Positions 1-9,115 of a stretch of DNA of 49,498 nucleotides are shown here, piece by piece. The stretch is from a virus (lineage: Duplodnaviria > Caudoviricetes). The translations under genes were made by a program, and so were the position numbers. The stretch covers positions 1 to 49,498 of the IMG/VR virus record IMGVR_UViG_3300036798_000539; one strand, 5' to 3'. Positions within the stretch are counted from its first letter, which is position 1, and each line of letters begins with the position of its first letter. The notes beneath the pieces are model-generated. The model had not been told where the DNA came from, did not search any database, and was given only the letters and a program-made list of their open reading frames with translations.

Positions 1-441
1 CAGAATATTAAACAACATCCCCGTTGCATATGATGCTGGAACAGGAATTGTATTTGCAATGATCAAATTTGGTGTAGTAGAAGTATCTATTCCTACATAC
101 ACGATCGAAGTGTTAGCAGGACCAGCACCAGACTGAACAAATGCTGCAAGAGTACCAGCAGTGACCAGATTAGCAATAATATCGCTAGCGCTCCAAGCCT
201 GAGCCGTAGTGCCTTCCTGGGCACGAACAATCGTTAGTGTATCACCAGAACGAGCAGTGCAATGACAAATCTCAGTCTGTGTTTTTGTAGCCTGATCATA
301 AAACGTGCAGCAGAAGTAGTTGCCACCCGTTGGATTAGGAAACAGTGCTCCTGTACCCGCTGCTAACTGAACAGTCGTAGCAACAGCAGTGATGCTTCCC
401 GAAACCGTGGAAGAAGCGTTGTTACTCCAAATGATTGCCAT
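1..441 (-). CDS. Tail fibre / baseplate-attached protein, N-terminal part (runs off the window edge)
   Basis: Own translation from ATG at 441: MAIIWSNNASSTVSGSITAVATTVQLAAGTGALFPNPTGG...EICHCTARSGDTLTIVRAQEGTTA. This is a typical myophage tail-fibre N-terminus, directly downstream of the baseplate wedge genes. Confidence 0.7.
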   Translation of the reverse strand, partial: MAIIWSNNASSTVSGSITAVATTVQLAAGTGALFPNPTGGNYFCCTFYDQATKTQTEICHCTARSGDTLTIVRAQEGTTAQAWSASDIIANLVTAGTLAAFVQSGAGPANTSIVYVGIDTSTTPNLIIANTIPVPASYATGMLFNIL

Positions 442-447
442 GGTTTC

Positions 448-1716
448 CTACCCGATATGAACAGTGTAGTTGTACTGATACGGAAGTTCAAGAGCGCCAG
501 TGTCTACAGAATCCTTGAATATGCTCATAAACGGAAGTGGTGGTAAAGGTTTGTAGATAGTTTTAAGATCATCCAGTGCTATTACTTTTTCGTAATTTTC
601 CCCCGAAACATGTCCTCCAATAGAAACACCAAACCCATTACATCCAAATACATTCAGCATTTCTCCACTGGTAATAGTTCTTATCCCCAAAACAAATCGA
701 ATTGTACAATTACGACTAGTTCCTAAAGTAACACTAATCTGCTCAGTATCAGAAATAAAAGCCATCACACCAGTTAATGGATTTATTGTATATTCAGTAG
801 ACCAGCCATTTTCACCAAAACAGAATCTCCATACACGACGCTTGAGCCAACGAGTACCGAAATATTTACCATCACCTTTATAGAAATGCCAAGTTAAAAT
901 ACGCCGATAAGTGTCATCATCTGTTATAACAACATCACCAATAGAAAGCTGAGCTAATCCATTACAACTTGCTGGAATAGTATCACGTAAAGCACCTTCA
1001 AAATACTCATTTATTACAGCCATAGACATTCCGGGCATGTTGCATCCCCAAGTATTAAGGGGACCAACTTGTATTGGAACGCCAGACCCAATTGCGGGTC
1101 TAGCCATCCCATACACGCCCTGTCCAACCCAATCAAGTAACTTACCAGAAACAACAGGACCGGGATATATTGGCAAATTCAAAGCATTAAATGTATCAAC
1201 ATAGTCTTGCTGCATTTCATTTTGAGATTCAACAAATGCTTGAAGATCATCATCATCTGAATACTCTTGATATAAATAAGACGGAATTACATCAGTTAAA
1301 CCTGTCACTCCTGGAGGAGGAAACGGACCACCAGCACCTCCTACAGCACTAGTTTCAGTACCAGGATCTCCAGCAACCGGACTTGGCGGATACTGTACTT
1401 GATAAGGAGCAATAACAACAGCAGTAAATCTGTGTCCAGAAGTTAAAGCATTCGCCCAGACATTAGCTCCTGGAGGAATAATAAACATTTCTCCAGGCAT
1501 AAGTTCAGTACTTGTACTATGTCCAATTTGAGTCTTTGCCGGACTAACAACACTCACATACAATGGTTCTGCAATATGAATATTTTGATCTATAGGAGCA
1601 AGCGGATTAATAATATACCCACCAGAAATAGTCATATTTGAAGTAGCAACTTGAACTGGTATTCCACCGTTCAAGATAATAGAAACTAAACCGGGAGAAA
1701 GGAATGTAACCGTCAT
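448..1716 (-). CDS. Baseplate wedge protein (DUF2612/gpI-like) with an extra N-terminal domain
   Basis: Follows the baseplate J gene; motifs YLYQEYSDDDDLQAFV, LLDWVGQGVYG and DDDTYRRILTW. Confidence 0.65.
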   Translation of the reverse strand: MTVTFLSPGLVSIILNGGIPVQVATSNMTISGGYIINPLAPIDQNIHIAEPLYVSVVSPAKTQIGHSTSTELMPGEMFIIPPGANVWANALTSGHRFTAVVIAPYQVQYPPSPVAGDPGTETSAVGGAGGPFPPPGVTGLTDVIPSYLYQEYSDDDDLQAFVESQNEMQQDYVDTFNALNLPIYPGPVVSGKLLDWVGQGVYGMARPAIGSGVPIQVGPLNTWGCNMPGMSMAVINEYFEGALRDTIPASCNGLAQLSIGDVVITDDDTYRRILTWHFYKGDGKYFGTRWLKRRVWRFCFGENGWSTEYTINPLTGVMAFISDTEQISVTLGTSRNCTIRFVLGIRTITSGEMLNVFGCNGFGVSIGGHVSGENYEKVIALDDLKTIYKPLPPLPFMSIFKDSVDTGALELPYQYNYTVHIG

Positions 1717-3131
1717 CCTTCACTCACAGTAATCATACCATTTTCTGTGAAGAAATAACTATAGCGATCGCCAAAAATAACCTGTGTGCCACCAGCCGGA
1801 GAAACACCAACTCCACCAACAGAAATCTGCCATTGTATATCAATTACATACTCACCAGGAAGAATCGTAGAAATAGATTCCAAGAATACCTGGGTTAACA
1901 CATTTAAATTAATAGGAGTTGTTCCTGCTGGCAGCGAATTAATATAATCAACAATATTTGGTACTGAGGCTTGAGCAATTGCAGTAGGAGAAACAAAATT
2001 GGGTGAATTTGTTATCCAAGTTAGGACCACATCGACCATTTCAATTGGTGGATTCACATATGGAATTAAAAACGTATCAGGATAATCATTAATCGTAACA
2101 TACATATTGATTGGATTAGGAGTAACAACACCTCCATCTTGATACTTACCCATAATGGTCGCATCGACCGGAATACTAAAACTTTGAGCACTGACAACTG
2201 TTATAGGATATGTCTGATTATTTATAAGTTCCATCCCAACAATACCGGTAATAAATTCCTGATCTCCTGTAACTAAATTATGATTACTAGCTGTCGTAAT
2301 CACAGCCGGATTCGTATTACTAATTCCAGCAATCTCAATTGTAGCTCCTGCAAGTCCGGGAGTATAGAAATCAGCCTGCCAAATCGCATAAGCCACTTGA
2401 TAAGAATCACCACCTCCGACAATAACAACAAATTGATCACCATTTTGTTGAACAGATATAAGTCTATTTTGAACACCCGGTATATTTCCAACTATCGTCT
2501 TAAGATAACGAGCCATTCCAGTACTGGCTGCAAGACCACCCGTAAAACAACGCTCGCGGAAAACTGATATAGGCTCACCAGAAACTGAAGGCACACCAGA
2601 AATAGGATTTGTAACAGAAACAGTAATATTTGCAGGAACAGAACTTAGCAACTGAACTACGGTATTTGGATTTACTGGCCATGATCCACTTTGAGTTGCC
2701 AGAGCATATATAGGAAGTGAAATACCGTCAGTCCCTATCATCCCACCATCTTGACAAATATACTGATATGTCCCATCTCCAACCACAAATCCTTGACCAA
2801 TGACATAGCCGGGTGGTCCAGAAAAGACTACGAAAACAGACGTATTTGTAACAGGTTGTGGATCTATTCCATAAAGAATACCAAGCTGACTAAGTAAGAA
2901 AGCATTGGCTCCATAAGGAGTAACCGAATTAATAAGATCTACAAGAAAGCTATCGCTCTCAATAAGTGCAAAAACATCAGTACTGGAAATATCTTCAATT
3001 AATGAACCTGGAAGATTTGCTGTATAATCTGGATTAGTTGCAGTCACAAGCGCAATCAATTGTGCTCGTAGATCTGATGGAGCTTGCGGCTGCAAGCCTT
3101 GAGGAGTCATTATGAGAGGGAGAACTGCCAT
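1713..3131 (-). CDS. Baseplate J/gp47-like wedge protein with an inserted E1-FCCH-like beta domain
   Basis: Position, 472 aa length, LPGSLIED and gpJ-like layout; insert ISNTNPAVITTASNHNLVTGD...GMELIN. Confidence 0.8.
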   Translation of the reverse strand: MAVLPLIMTPQGLQPQAPSDLRAQLIALVTATNPDYTANLPGSLIEDISSTDVFALIESDSFLVDLINSVTPYGANAFLLSQLGILYGIDPQPVTNTSVFVVFSGPPGYVIGQGFVVGDGTYQYICQDGGMIGTDGISLPIYALATQSGSWPVNPNTVVQLLSSVPANITVSVTNPISGVPSVSGEPISVFRERCFTGGLAASTGMARYLKTIVGNIPGVQNRLISVQQNGDQFVVIVGGGDSYQVAYAIWQADFYTPGLAGATIEIAGISNTNPAVITTASNHNLVTGDQEFITGIVGMELINNQTYPITVVSAQSFSIPVDATIMGKYQDGGVVTPNPINMYVTINDYPDTFLIPYVNPPIEMVDVVLTWITNSPNFVSPTAIAQASVPNIVDYINSLPAGTTPINLNVLTQVFLESISTILPGEYVIDIQWQISVGGVGVSPAGGTQVIFGDRYSYFFTENGMITVSEG

Positions 3132-3133
3132 GG

Positions 3134-3526
3134 CTAAATCGGTTGTTCTGTTGGATAACCTGGAGCAACTCGCACACCTATTCTAGAACCATAGTTCGTC
3201 AACACACTGATATTATAAGCAGGAGCTGGTCTATTATCCTCATCCACAGCATCTGGCAATGGAGTCAGAATTAACGAAGCGAAATACGGAGCAAATTGTT
3301 GCTGTGTTCGTATCATATAGAAAGTAGGAAATACCTGAGTCATTACTGACTGATGTGCTGGTATTCCATAATTAGCGAAGAACGGACTTTCTCCCAAATT
3401 TAACTTCAAGACTTGAGCAAGTGTCGTCAAGAATACCGAATCATTAAACCCATTTAGATCAGTTGTAATAATCCACCACCTCTTCGCACCACTCAAAACA
3501 TCTTGAGTACGACCATAGGTTCGCAT
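3134..3526 (-). CDS. Baseplate wedge / sheath-initiator protein (gp25/gp46-like)
   Basis: 130 aa between spike and gpJ; LKLNLGESPFFANYGIP motif. Confidence 0.6.
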   Translation of the reverse strand: MRTYGRTQDVLSGAKRWWIITTDLNGFNDSVFLTTLAQVLKLNLGESPFFANYGIPAHQSVMTQVFPTFYMIRTQQQFAPYFASLILTPLPDAVDEDNRPAPAYNISVLTNYGSRIGVRVAPGYPTEQPI

Positions 3527-4437
3527 TAACCAATCCTTGCTTTAAAGTTAACACTTGGCCCAGATTCTGTCATAATCCGTGCATATTTCCCTTTTTTGCC
3601 GTCACCACCCGCATAACCCCACTCACCAACAGGAAGATTAAGTGTCATCTTTTGAGATCCTGAATCAACAGTAATATTATGATCTTTATCTTTGCTTTGA
3701 ATAGTACAGAGATTATTCTTGTCAAAATTAAAATTTGTTCCTTGATCTTGAGTTTGACCCTGTTGAGAAGACTGACTTCCACTGCTTCCACCACCGCTAC
3801 TACTCGTAGAACCATTACGAGGTGATGGAACTGGTATAGCCATTGGTGCACGAATTCCATTTCTTGCATTCATTAAAGAACGTTGAATGTTCATCATACG
3901 AGTACGATTAGTTTGTAACTCTCTAAGATTTCGTGTGACAACAGTGGGGCTTGTCTGTTGTACAGAAGATTGCTGTTGTTGTTGATCTTTTTGTTGACCT
4001 TGGAATGCGTTTGCTATCCATCCAGCAGGACCAGCCATATGGGTAAGCTGATCATAATTACGACTAGGATTTTGTGTATGGCTGATTCCATTAAAATTAA
4101 GTGTAGTTAGATTTCCACGTGGGAAAAAATCAGTACCTCCACCAGCCATTCCAGTAACACCACCAAGATAATAATTGCCTGGAACAGCATGTCCCTTATC
4201 ACCGACCTGTGTTGGCTCACGTGCGTACTGTGACATCGCCTGCGGAATTTTAACAATCGGTGGTGTAAAAATCCCATTTGCCGTTTCAAATGCCACCTTG
4301 ATAAAATCTTGTGCTACTTCAGTCACATGGCACGGCATAGATTTAGGTAGACGCTGCATTCCAGTATTAATTCTGTTCTGCGCCCATTGCACTATTTTCA
4401 TTTGGAATGGGTTTTTATGCGACTCGTAACGGCCCAT
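3526..4437 (-). CDS. Baseplate spike (gpV-like, N-terminal OB fold)
   Basis: MPCHVTEV...VKIP...PTQVGDKG OB-fold pattern; synteny; Q/S/G-rich low-complexity insert. Confidence 0.65.
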   Translation of the reverse strand: MGRYESHKNPFQMKIVQWAQNRINTGMQRLPKSMPCHVTEVAQDFIKVAFETANGIFTPPIVKIPQAMSQYAREPTQVGDKGHAVPGNYYLGGVTGMAGGGTDFFPRGNLTTLNFNGISHTQNPSRNYDQLTHMAGPAGWIANAFQGQQKDQQQQQSSVQQTSPTVVTRNLRELQTNRTRMMNIQRSLMNARNGIRAPMAIPVPSPRNGSTSSSGGGSSGSQSSQQGQTQDQGTNFNFDKNNLCTIQSKDKDHNITVDSGSQKMTLNLPVGEWGYAGGDGKKGKYARIMTESGPSVNFKARIG

Positions 4438-4445
4438 TTTCTACC

Positions 4446-4970
4446 TCATGGATCTATCTCAAAGGCCCCACTTCGATAAATTAATGAAGAAGTTCGAAAT
4501 ATGGTATCAACCATATTCAACATTCTATTAACACTTCCCGCTATAACAAGCGGACCAGGATTAGTGGACATAGGAAAAGTGAATACAGTTTCATTTATAT
4601 GCAATGCTCTAAACGACCCATTATACGTAATAGGCTGAAATCCACGTAAGACATAGTCAATCATTGTACCGGGCTTAGTATTAATTCCACCAGGAGACAA
4701 TGGAAGAGGCCATAAAGAAGGATCAACCAATGTAATTTGAATTACATTCATAAAAGGGTCATAATAAACTGATTCTACATCACGTCCAGGCGGACTTTGA
4801 ACCATCGGAGTTGTAAGGATCCACGCTCCAGTTACATCATAAATATTAATGAAAAATCGTTGTGAAGAAACATTCCAAGTTACAGTTACGTTGTATTGAC
4901 TATTATCAAATATAGCAGAAAAGCTGAACGGTTTTATATTAGAAGGAAGAAATGGGACTACAGTAGTCAT
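4446..4970 (-). CDS. Baseplate plug-like protein with an inserted beta domain
   Basis: FSFSAIFDNSQYNVTVTWNVSSQRFFINIYD N-terminus; synteny. Confidence 0.55.
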   Translation of the reverse strand: MTTVVPFLPSNIKPFSFSAIFDNSQYNVTVTWNVSSQRFFINIYDVTGAWILTTPMVQSPPGRDVESVYYDPFMNVIQITLVDPSLWPLPLSPGGINTKPGTMIDYVLRGFQPITYNGSFRALHINETVFTFPMSTNPGPLVIAGSVNRMLNMVDTIFRTSSLIYRSGAFEIDP

Positions 4971-5770
4971 GAGATACCAGTAAATGGAAATGATCCAGGA
5001 GAAGGTAACGCTGGATAATTACTCGTATTCGGCCCCATTTGATTCCATAAAGGTTGAGGAGAACCACCGACCACAGAACCCATCAATTTAGGAGTACTTA
5101 ATTGTGGAGGCTGTATCGAAGTAGAACCAACTTGTGGTCCAGTTAATTGTCCATTAGTCGTTGCCCCAACCGTTATTTTTTGTAATAACTGACTAACTGC
5201 TCCCTGAGCATCAACTGTTGTTACAAGAGGCTTCTCAAAATCAAAGCGCCAAGCATTTTGCGGCAATGAATTGTTACCACGAGAATTATCAGTTAAAGCA
5301 GTTAGAACCAAATCTACATAAGCAAAAGCAGGAGTAATGACAGTATACGTCCCACCTTCATTACCATGCCGAGCAAGTGCTGCTTGCAAACCAGCCATCA
5401 CGGCTATTTTCATCTCCCAAGCACTAGAAACAGCAATTCCAGCAGATTTTGGATTGCGCATAGGAGCATCCATAATAACAGAAATTGTTAACGGTTCATT
5501 TATGATTGCATTAGCTGCAACCCATTGATTTGCAAATGGATATTTACCAATCGTTGCTGAATAAAGCGTTCCACCCGGCAAAACGTTGAATGCACCAAAT
5601 GCGTCATCTAAGTCACCAGAAAGATATGGCAATTCCAAAGCTGACCCTGATGCATAGAGATAAGACAACATCGGCATAATACCACCAGGAACTTGACTAG
5701 CAATACCACCAGTTAAGACGATTGGACAGACCTGAAAGGATAACTGGGCTTGCGTATTTGATGCGGGCAT
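4967..5770 (-). CDS. Tail tube initiator / distal-tail-like baseplate protein
   Basis: YPFANQWVAANAII and WRFDFEKPL motifs; follows a tape-measure-like gene. Confidence 0.55.
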   Translation of the reverse strand: MPASNTQAQLSFQVCPIVLTGGIASQVPGGIMPMLSYLYASGSALELPYLSGDLDDAFGAFNVLPGGTLYSATIGKYPFANQWVAANAIINEPLTISVIMDAPMRNPKSAGIAVSSAWEMKIAVMAGLQAALARHGNEGGTYTVITPAFAYVDLVLTALTDNSRGNNSLPQNAWRFDFEKPLVTTVDAQGAVSQLLQKITVGATTNGQLTGPQVGSTSIQPPQLSTPKLMGSVVGGSPQPLWNQMGPNTSNYPALPSPGSFPFTGIS

Positions 5771-7728
5771 TATGCCATCCCACTCGCTAGTGTGTGAACA
5801 TTTGCTCCAGCCACATTATCGATTCTTAATGTAGCTGTACGAGTAGATTGCCAATTACTAACATCCAAAGGACCACCTTTCCCTCCCATACGTCGATTGT
5901 CAGACATATTCACAGCCATATGAGATAGAGCAAATCCACGTGATCCCTCCCCCGGAACCGATCGTTGTGCTGCCGCTGCCATATGAGTTACGCCACCTCC
6001 GCCCGCTCCTCCCATTGCAAAAGCGGAACCACCAGCTCCAAGGCCGCCTGCTCCACCTGCTCCACCCGCGCCACCTCCACCACCCGCACCAAATCTTCCT
6101 CCAGCCAGACTCACATTATTAAATCCACCACCAGTTCGCTGACTGAGTGACATATTCGAAGAATTCATTGCTCCAGGTTGAACACCAAACACGCCAGGAA
6201 ATCCTTGAGATCCTATATGTGAGCCACCAAACAGGTTTGTATTCCCACCTGTTACTCCACCAAACCTTTGACTAAATGATGAAGCACCCGCCCCAGGAGT
6301 AACCCCAAATTGATTGGTAAGAGCCCCTCCTGTAACACTATTCCATCCACCAGCAGGAGGCGTACCAACAGCAGGAGGAGTCCATCCAGCAGAGGCAGGC
6401 GGATTGCCACCCCTAGTAAGAGGATTTCCAGCATCTGGAGGACCAGTAGTTGGTGTCTGAGTATTAGGTGATTGAGTAGCAGTTGATTGAGCATCAGTTG
6501 ATGGAGCGGCATTCGCTGCTGAAGAACTAGTTGAATCACCAGGAAGATTACTTACACCACCAGTTTTCCCGTCGCCACCTCCACCTCCACCCAAACCCAT
6601 CCATCCAAGAACTTTTCTGATTAAGTTACCAATAAGAGAAACAACAGTGCTCATCTTTTCCCCAAGAGCATCAAACCATCCTTTTAACGTTTCCAATGGC
6701 TGGCTAAGATTATCTTTAAATAGTTTTGAAAGATAATCAAAAATTTCTTGAAATTTCTCATGACTAAATTCTTTTAATGCCTGGTATGATTCAGCCCACC
6801 ATTTAGGATCAAAAAGCTTCTTTAGCTCGCCTATATGATTAACAATCCAGGTTAAAGTATCAGCAAATTCCGTAAGACGTTTGGCAACCGGAACTAAAGC
6901 CTCACCCATTTTAGTGATAAAATTATCTTTTAAGTTTTGCCATGCATTCCTTAAATCGTCCCAAGCTGTCTGCGCTTTTGGATCCATATCAGGAGCAGCA
7001 TTCGCCATCTGTTTTCGTATTTGTTGAGATGCTTCCAGACCTCCTTCACCCATAAGCCTCTGCATAAATTTTGGATCAAGTCCTAGACCACTTATTCCCC
7101 TTGATTCTGCAGCCCATTGTTCTCTTCCTCTAAATTGTGCGCCAAAAGCAGGAAGTCTTTTTATTACCTCATCAAAAGCCTTCTGTGGTGTTAATTTATC
7201 AATTTGAGCAGTAGTTAATCCCCCTCCTGTAGCGCTTACTAATGACATCATTCCAAGCTTACCTTCCGGTCTTGCTAATTGAAGCCGGAGGTTTTCGATT
7301 AAAGATTTAGGATCATCAGCAGCAATACCCGCTGCTCTTTGGATTGCTTGGTTTTCACCAGTTCCACCACCCAATAATAACTGTTGACGACGACGTTGGA
7401 CAACCGCATTTGTCAATCTATCAAGACCAAATAGCCCAACTCCTGTTCCAAGCATCATACTAATGCCACCAATCATAGTGGCCCACTTCCCAATATTCGT
7501 AGTAATTCTAGTTACCGTCTTTTGAACTTTTTCAGAACTGGCCAGAATATTACTTAAGCTCTGGATAACGATATTAGCCTGTTGAGTTTGCTGCTGAACA
7601 GTTGATTGCAACGTTTTAAACTGATTTAACAAATCTTTAATTCGATCAGAGAAGGAATTAAAATCCTTCATAAAGTCTTGAAACTTTTGGTCGTCTACAT
7701 TAATAGATAGATTAACAGTTTTAGCCAT
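5770..7728 (-). CDS. Tape-measure-like protein 2
   Basis: Helical/coiled N-half, amphipathic W-repeat stretch, Gly-rich C-half, C-terminal LRIDNVAGAN. Confidence 0.65.
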   Translation of the reverse strand: MAKTVNLSINVDDQKFQDFMKDFNSFSDRIKDLLNQFKTLQSTVQQQTQQANIVIQSLSNILASSEKVQKTVTRITTNIGKWATMIGGISMMLGTGVGLFGLDRLTNAVVQRRRQQLLLGGGTGENQAIQRAAGIAADDPKSLIENLRLQLARPEGKLGMMSLVSATGGGLTTAQIDKLTPQKAFDEVIKRLPAFGAQFRGREQWAAESRGISGLGLDPKFMQRLMGEGGLEASQQIRKQMANAAPDMDPKAQTAWDDLRNAWQNLKDNFITKMGEALVPVAKRLTEFADTLTWIVNHIGELKKLFDPKWWAESYQALKEFSHEKFQEIFDYLSKLFKDNLSQPLETLKGWFDALGEKMSTVVSLIGNLIRKVLGWMGLGGGGGGDGKTGGVSNLPGDSTSSSAANAAPSTDAQSTATQSPNTQTPTTGPPDAGNPLTRGGNPPASAGWTPPAVGTPPAGGWNSVTGGALTNQFGVTPGAGASSFSQRFGGVTGGNTNLFGGSHIGSQGFPGVFGVQPGAMNSSNMSLSQRTGGGFNNVSLAGGRFGAGGGGGAGGAGGAGGLGAGGSAFAMGGAGGGGVTHMAAAAQRSVPGEGSRGFALSHMAVNMSDNRRMGGKGGPLDVSNWQSTRTATLRIDNVAGANVHTLASGMA

Positions 7729-9115
7729 AGTTTCTAACTCGCCGTTGCATTAGCCTGCTTTGAGATTGTGGTGTCATATTTTTTACTACTGATTGAAGGG
7801 CAAGTCCAAGTGCCTCACTTTGAAGTGCCTGCTGTACATCACTCAATGTAATCGGTTCCAAACCAACGATTAAATCTTTTGGCCACGCGTCTATCAACGT
7901 ACACCAATTATTTCCATCTGGATTACGGAAATCACCAATATGACGCACAGTCACTACAGTGAAACTCCCAGAAAGTGATAAATTGCGTCTTTGTGGAGTT
8001 GTTGCAGTTCCAGGCCAAATTGCGCCTTGCTCCACAGTTGCTAATGTATCTGGCAATACAACAGTATCATTCGGTCTTATCTCTCCACGCATAACTATTT
8101 TAATCTGAATTTGTAAACGATTCACCCATGTAGGCTGACCAATAAGATCTAACGGATCTATGTATATTGAACCGAACTGTGATGTAGCATCCCAAACATC
8201 TAATGAACGACCATCAGAAGATGCACGTATACCAGGATAGTTTTGTTTTCCTTGAACAGCACCCAATACAGATTGACTTAAATCACGCAGATGACCTATA
8301 AACTGCTCCAGGTTCTGGTACATTGCTGCATCTTGATAGGCCAATTTTAAATTCGGTGAGACAGCTATCCTTAACGGAACTCCAGGTAATGCCCTACTCA
8401 ATGTTTCTGAAATAGCTGATTGAAATGGTTGATTAGGTTGTAAGTTCCAAGACAAATTCAATGGATTTGTTAAACCAGGAAATCCACCCGCAACTTGATT
8501 TGGTATCTCACTACCAATGATATTAGGTATCGCTGCCTTACCAGCTAGCGCATCTGCAATCGCTTGCAAAGAAATATCTGCTAAAGGTGGTTGTGTAGAA
8601 TCCAGTGCACTTACACTGGGATTTTGGAAAATAGATCTTGGTCCTGTACGATTAAACCTAATATTTTGAGCAGATTGAACTGATTGACCACCAGCACCTC
8701 CACCTCCATCACCACCCCCACCTCCACCACTCCCACCTCCACCACCTCCACTTGCTTGATCTGTCCCCGCCATCATGAGTTGCATACCAATCGACATATT
8801 GGTACCAATCCAATTCCCCCAAGCTCTTATGATCTTTCCAGTACCAAGAAATCTAGGATTACGAGCTTGAAAAGTTGCTAACAGCAATCCAGGAGCCATT
8901 CCACCGAATACTGTACATTGCGTATCAATTAATGTATTCGTGTACTTGATATAATCCCAAGGCACACCATGAATCTCTATTGTCGAATTAGGAGTAGGAT
9001 CTGGTGTACCATACAATTCAACCATCATTTCAATTTGCAGAGCACCAGGGTCGTGCTGCCCACCTGGATGCGAAGTCCAGTGCCAGCCACCTGCGGTAAT
9101 ATCATAGAATCTCAT
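7721..9115 (-). CDS. Baseplate hub protein (gp27/gp44-like)
   Basis: MRFYDIT start, GNWIGT, DLIGQPTW and VRHIGDFRNPDGNNWCT motifs. Confidence 0.7.
   Translation of the reverse strand: MRFYDITAGGWHWTSHPGGQHDPGALQIEMMVELYGTPDPTPNSTIEIHGVPWDYIKYTNTLIDTQCTVFGGMAPGLLLATFQARNPRFLGTGKIIRAWGNWIGTNMSIGMQLMMAGTDQASGGGGGGSGGGGGGDGGGGAGGQSVQSAQNIRFNRTGPRSIFQNPSVSALDSTQPPLADISLQAIADALAGKAAIPNIIGSEIPNQVAGGFPGLTNPLNLSWNLQPNQPFQSAISETLSRALPGVPLRIAVSPNLKLAYQDAAMYQNLEQFIGHLRDLSQSVLGAVQGKQNYPGIRASSDGRSLDVWDATSQFGSIYIDPLDLIGQPTWVNRLQIQIKIVMRGEIRPNDTVVLPDTLATVEQGAIWPGTATTPQRRNLSLSGSFTVVTVRHIGDFRNPDGNNWCTLIDAWPKDLIVGLEPITLSDVQQALQSEALGLALQSVVKNMTPQSQSRLMQRRVRNYG

Noticed and set aside
5990-8760. CCA/CCT-rich repeats
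   Set aside because: Explained by poly-Gly linkers in TMP2 and the hub protein.
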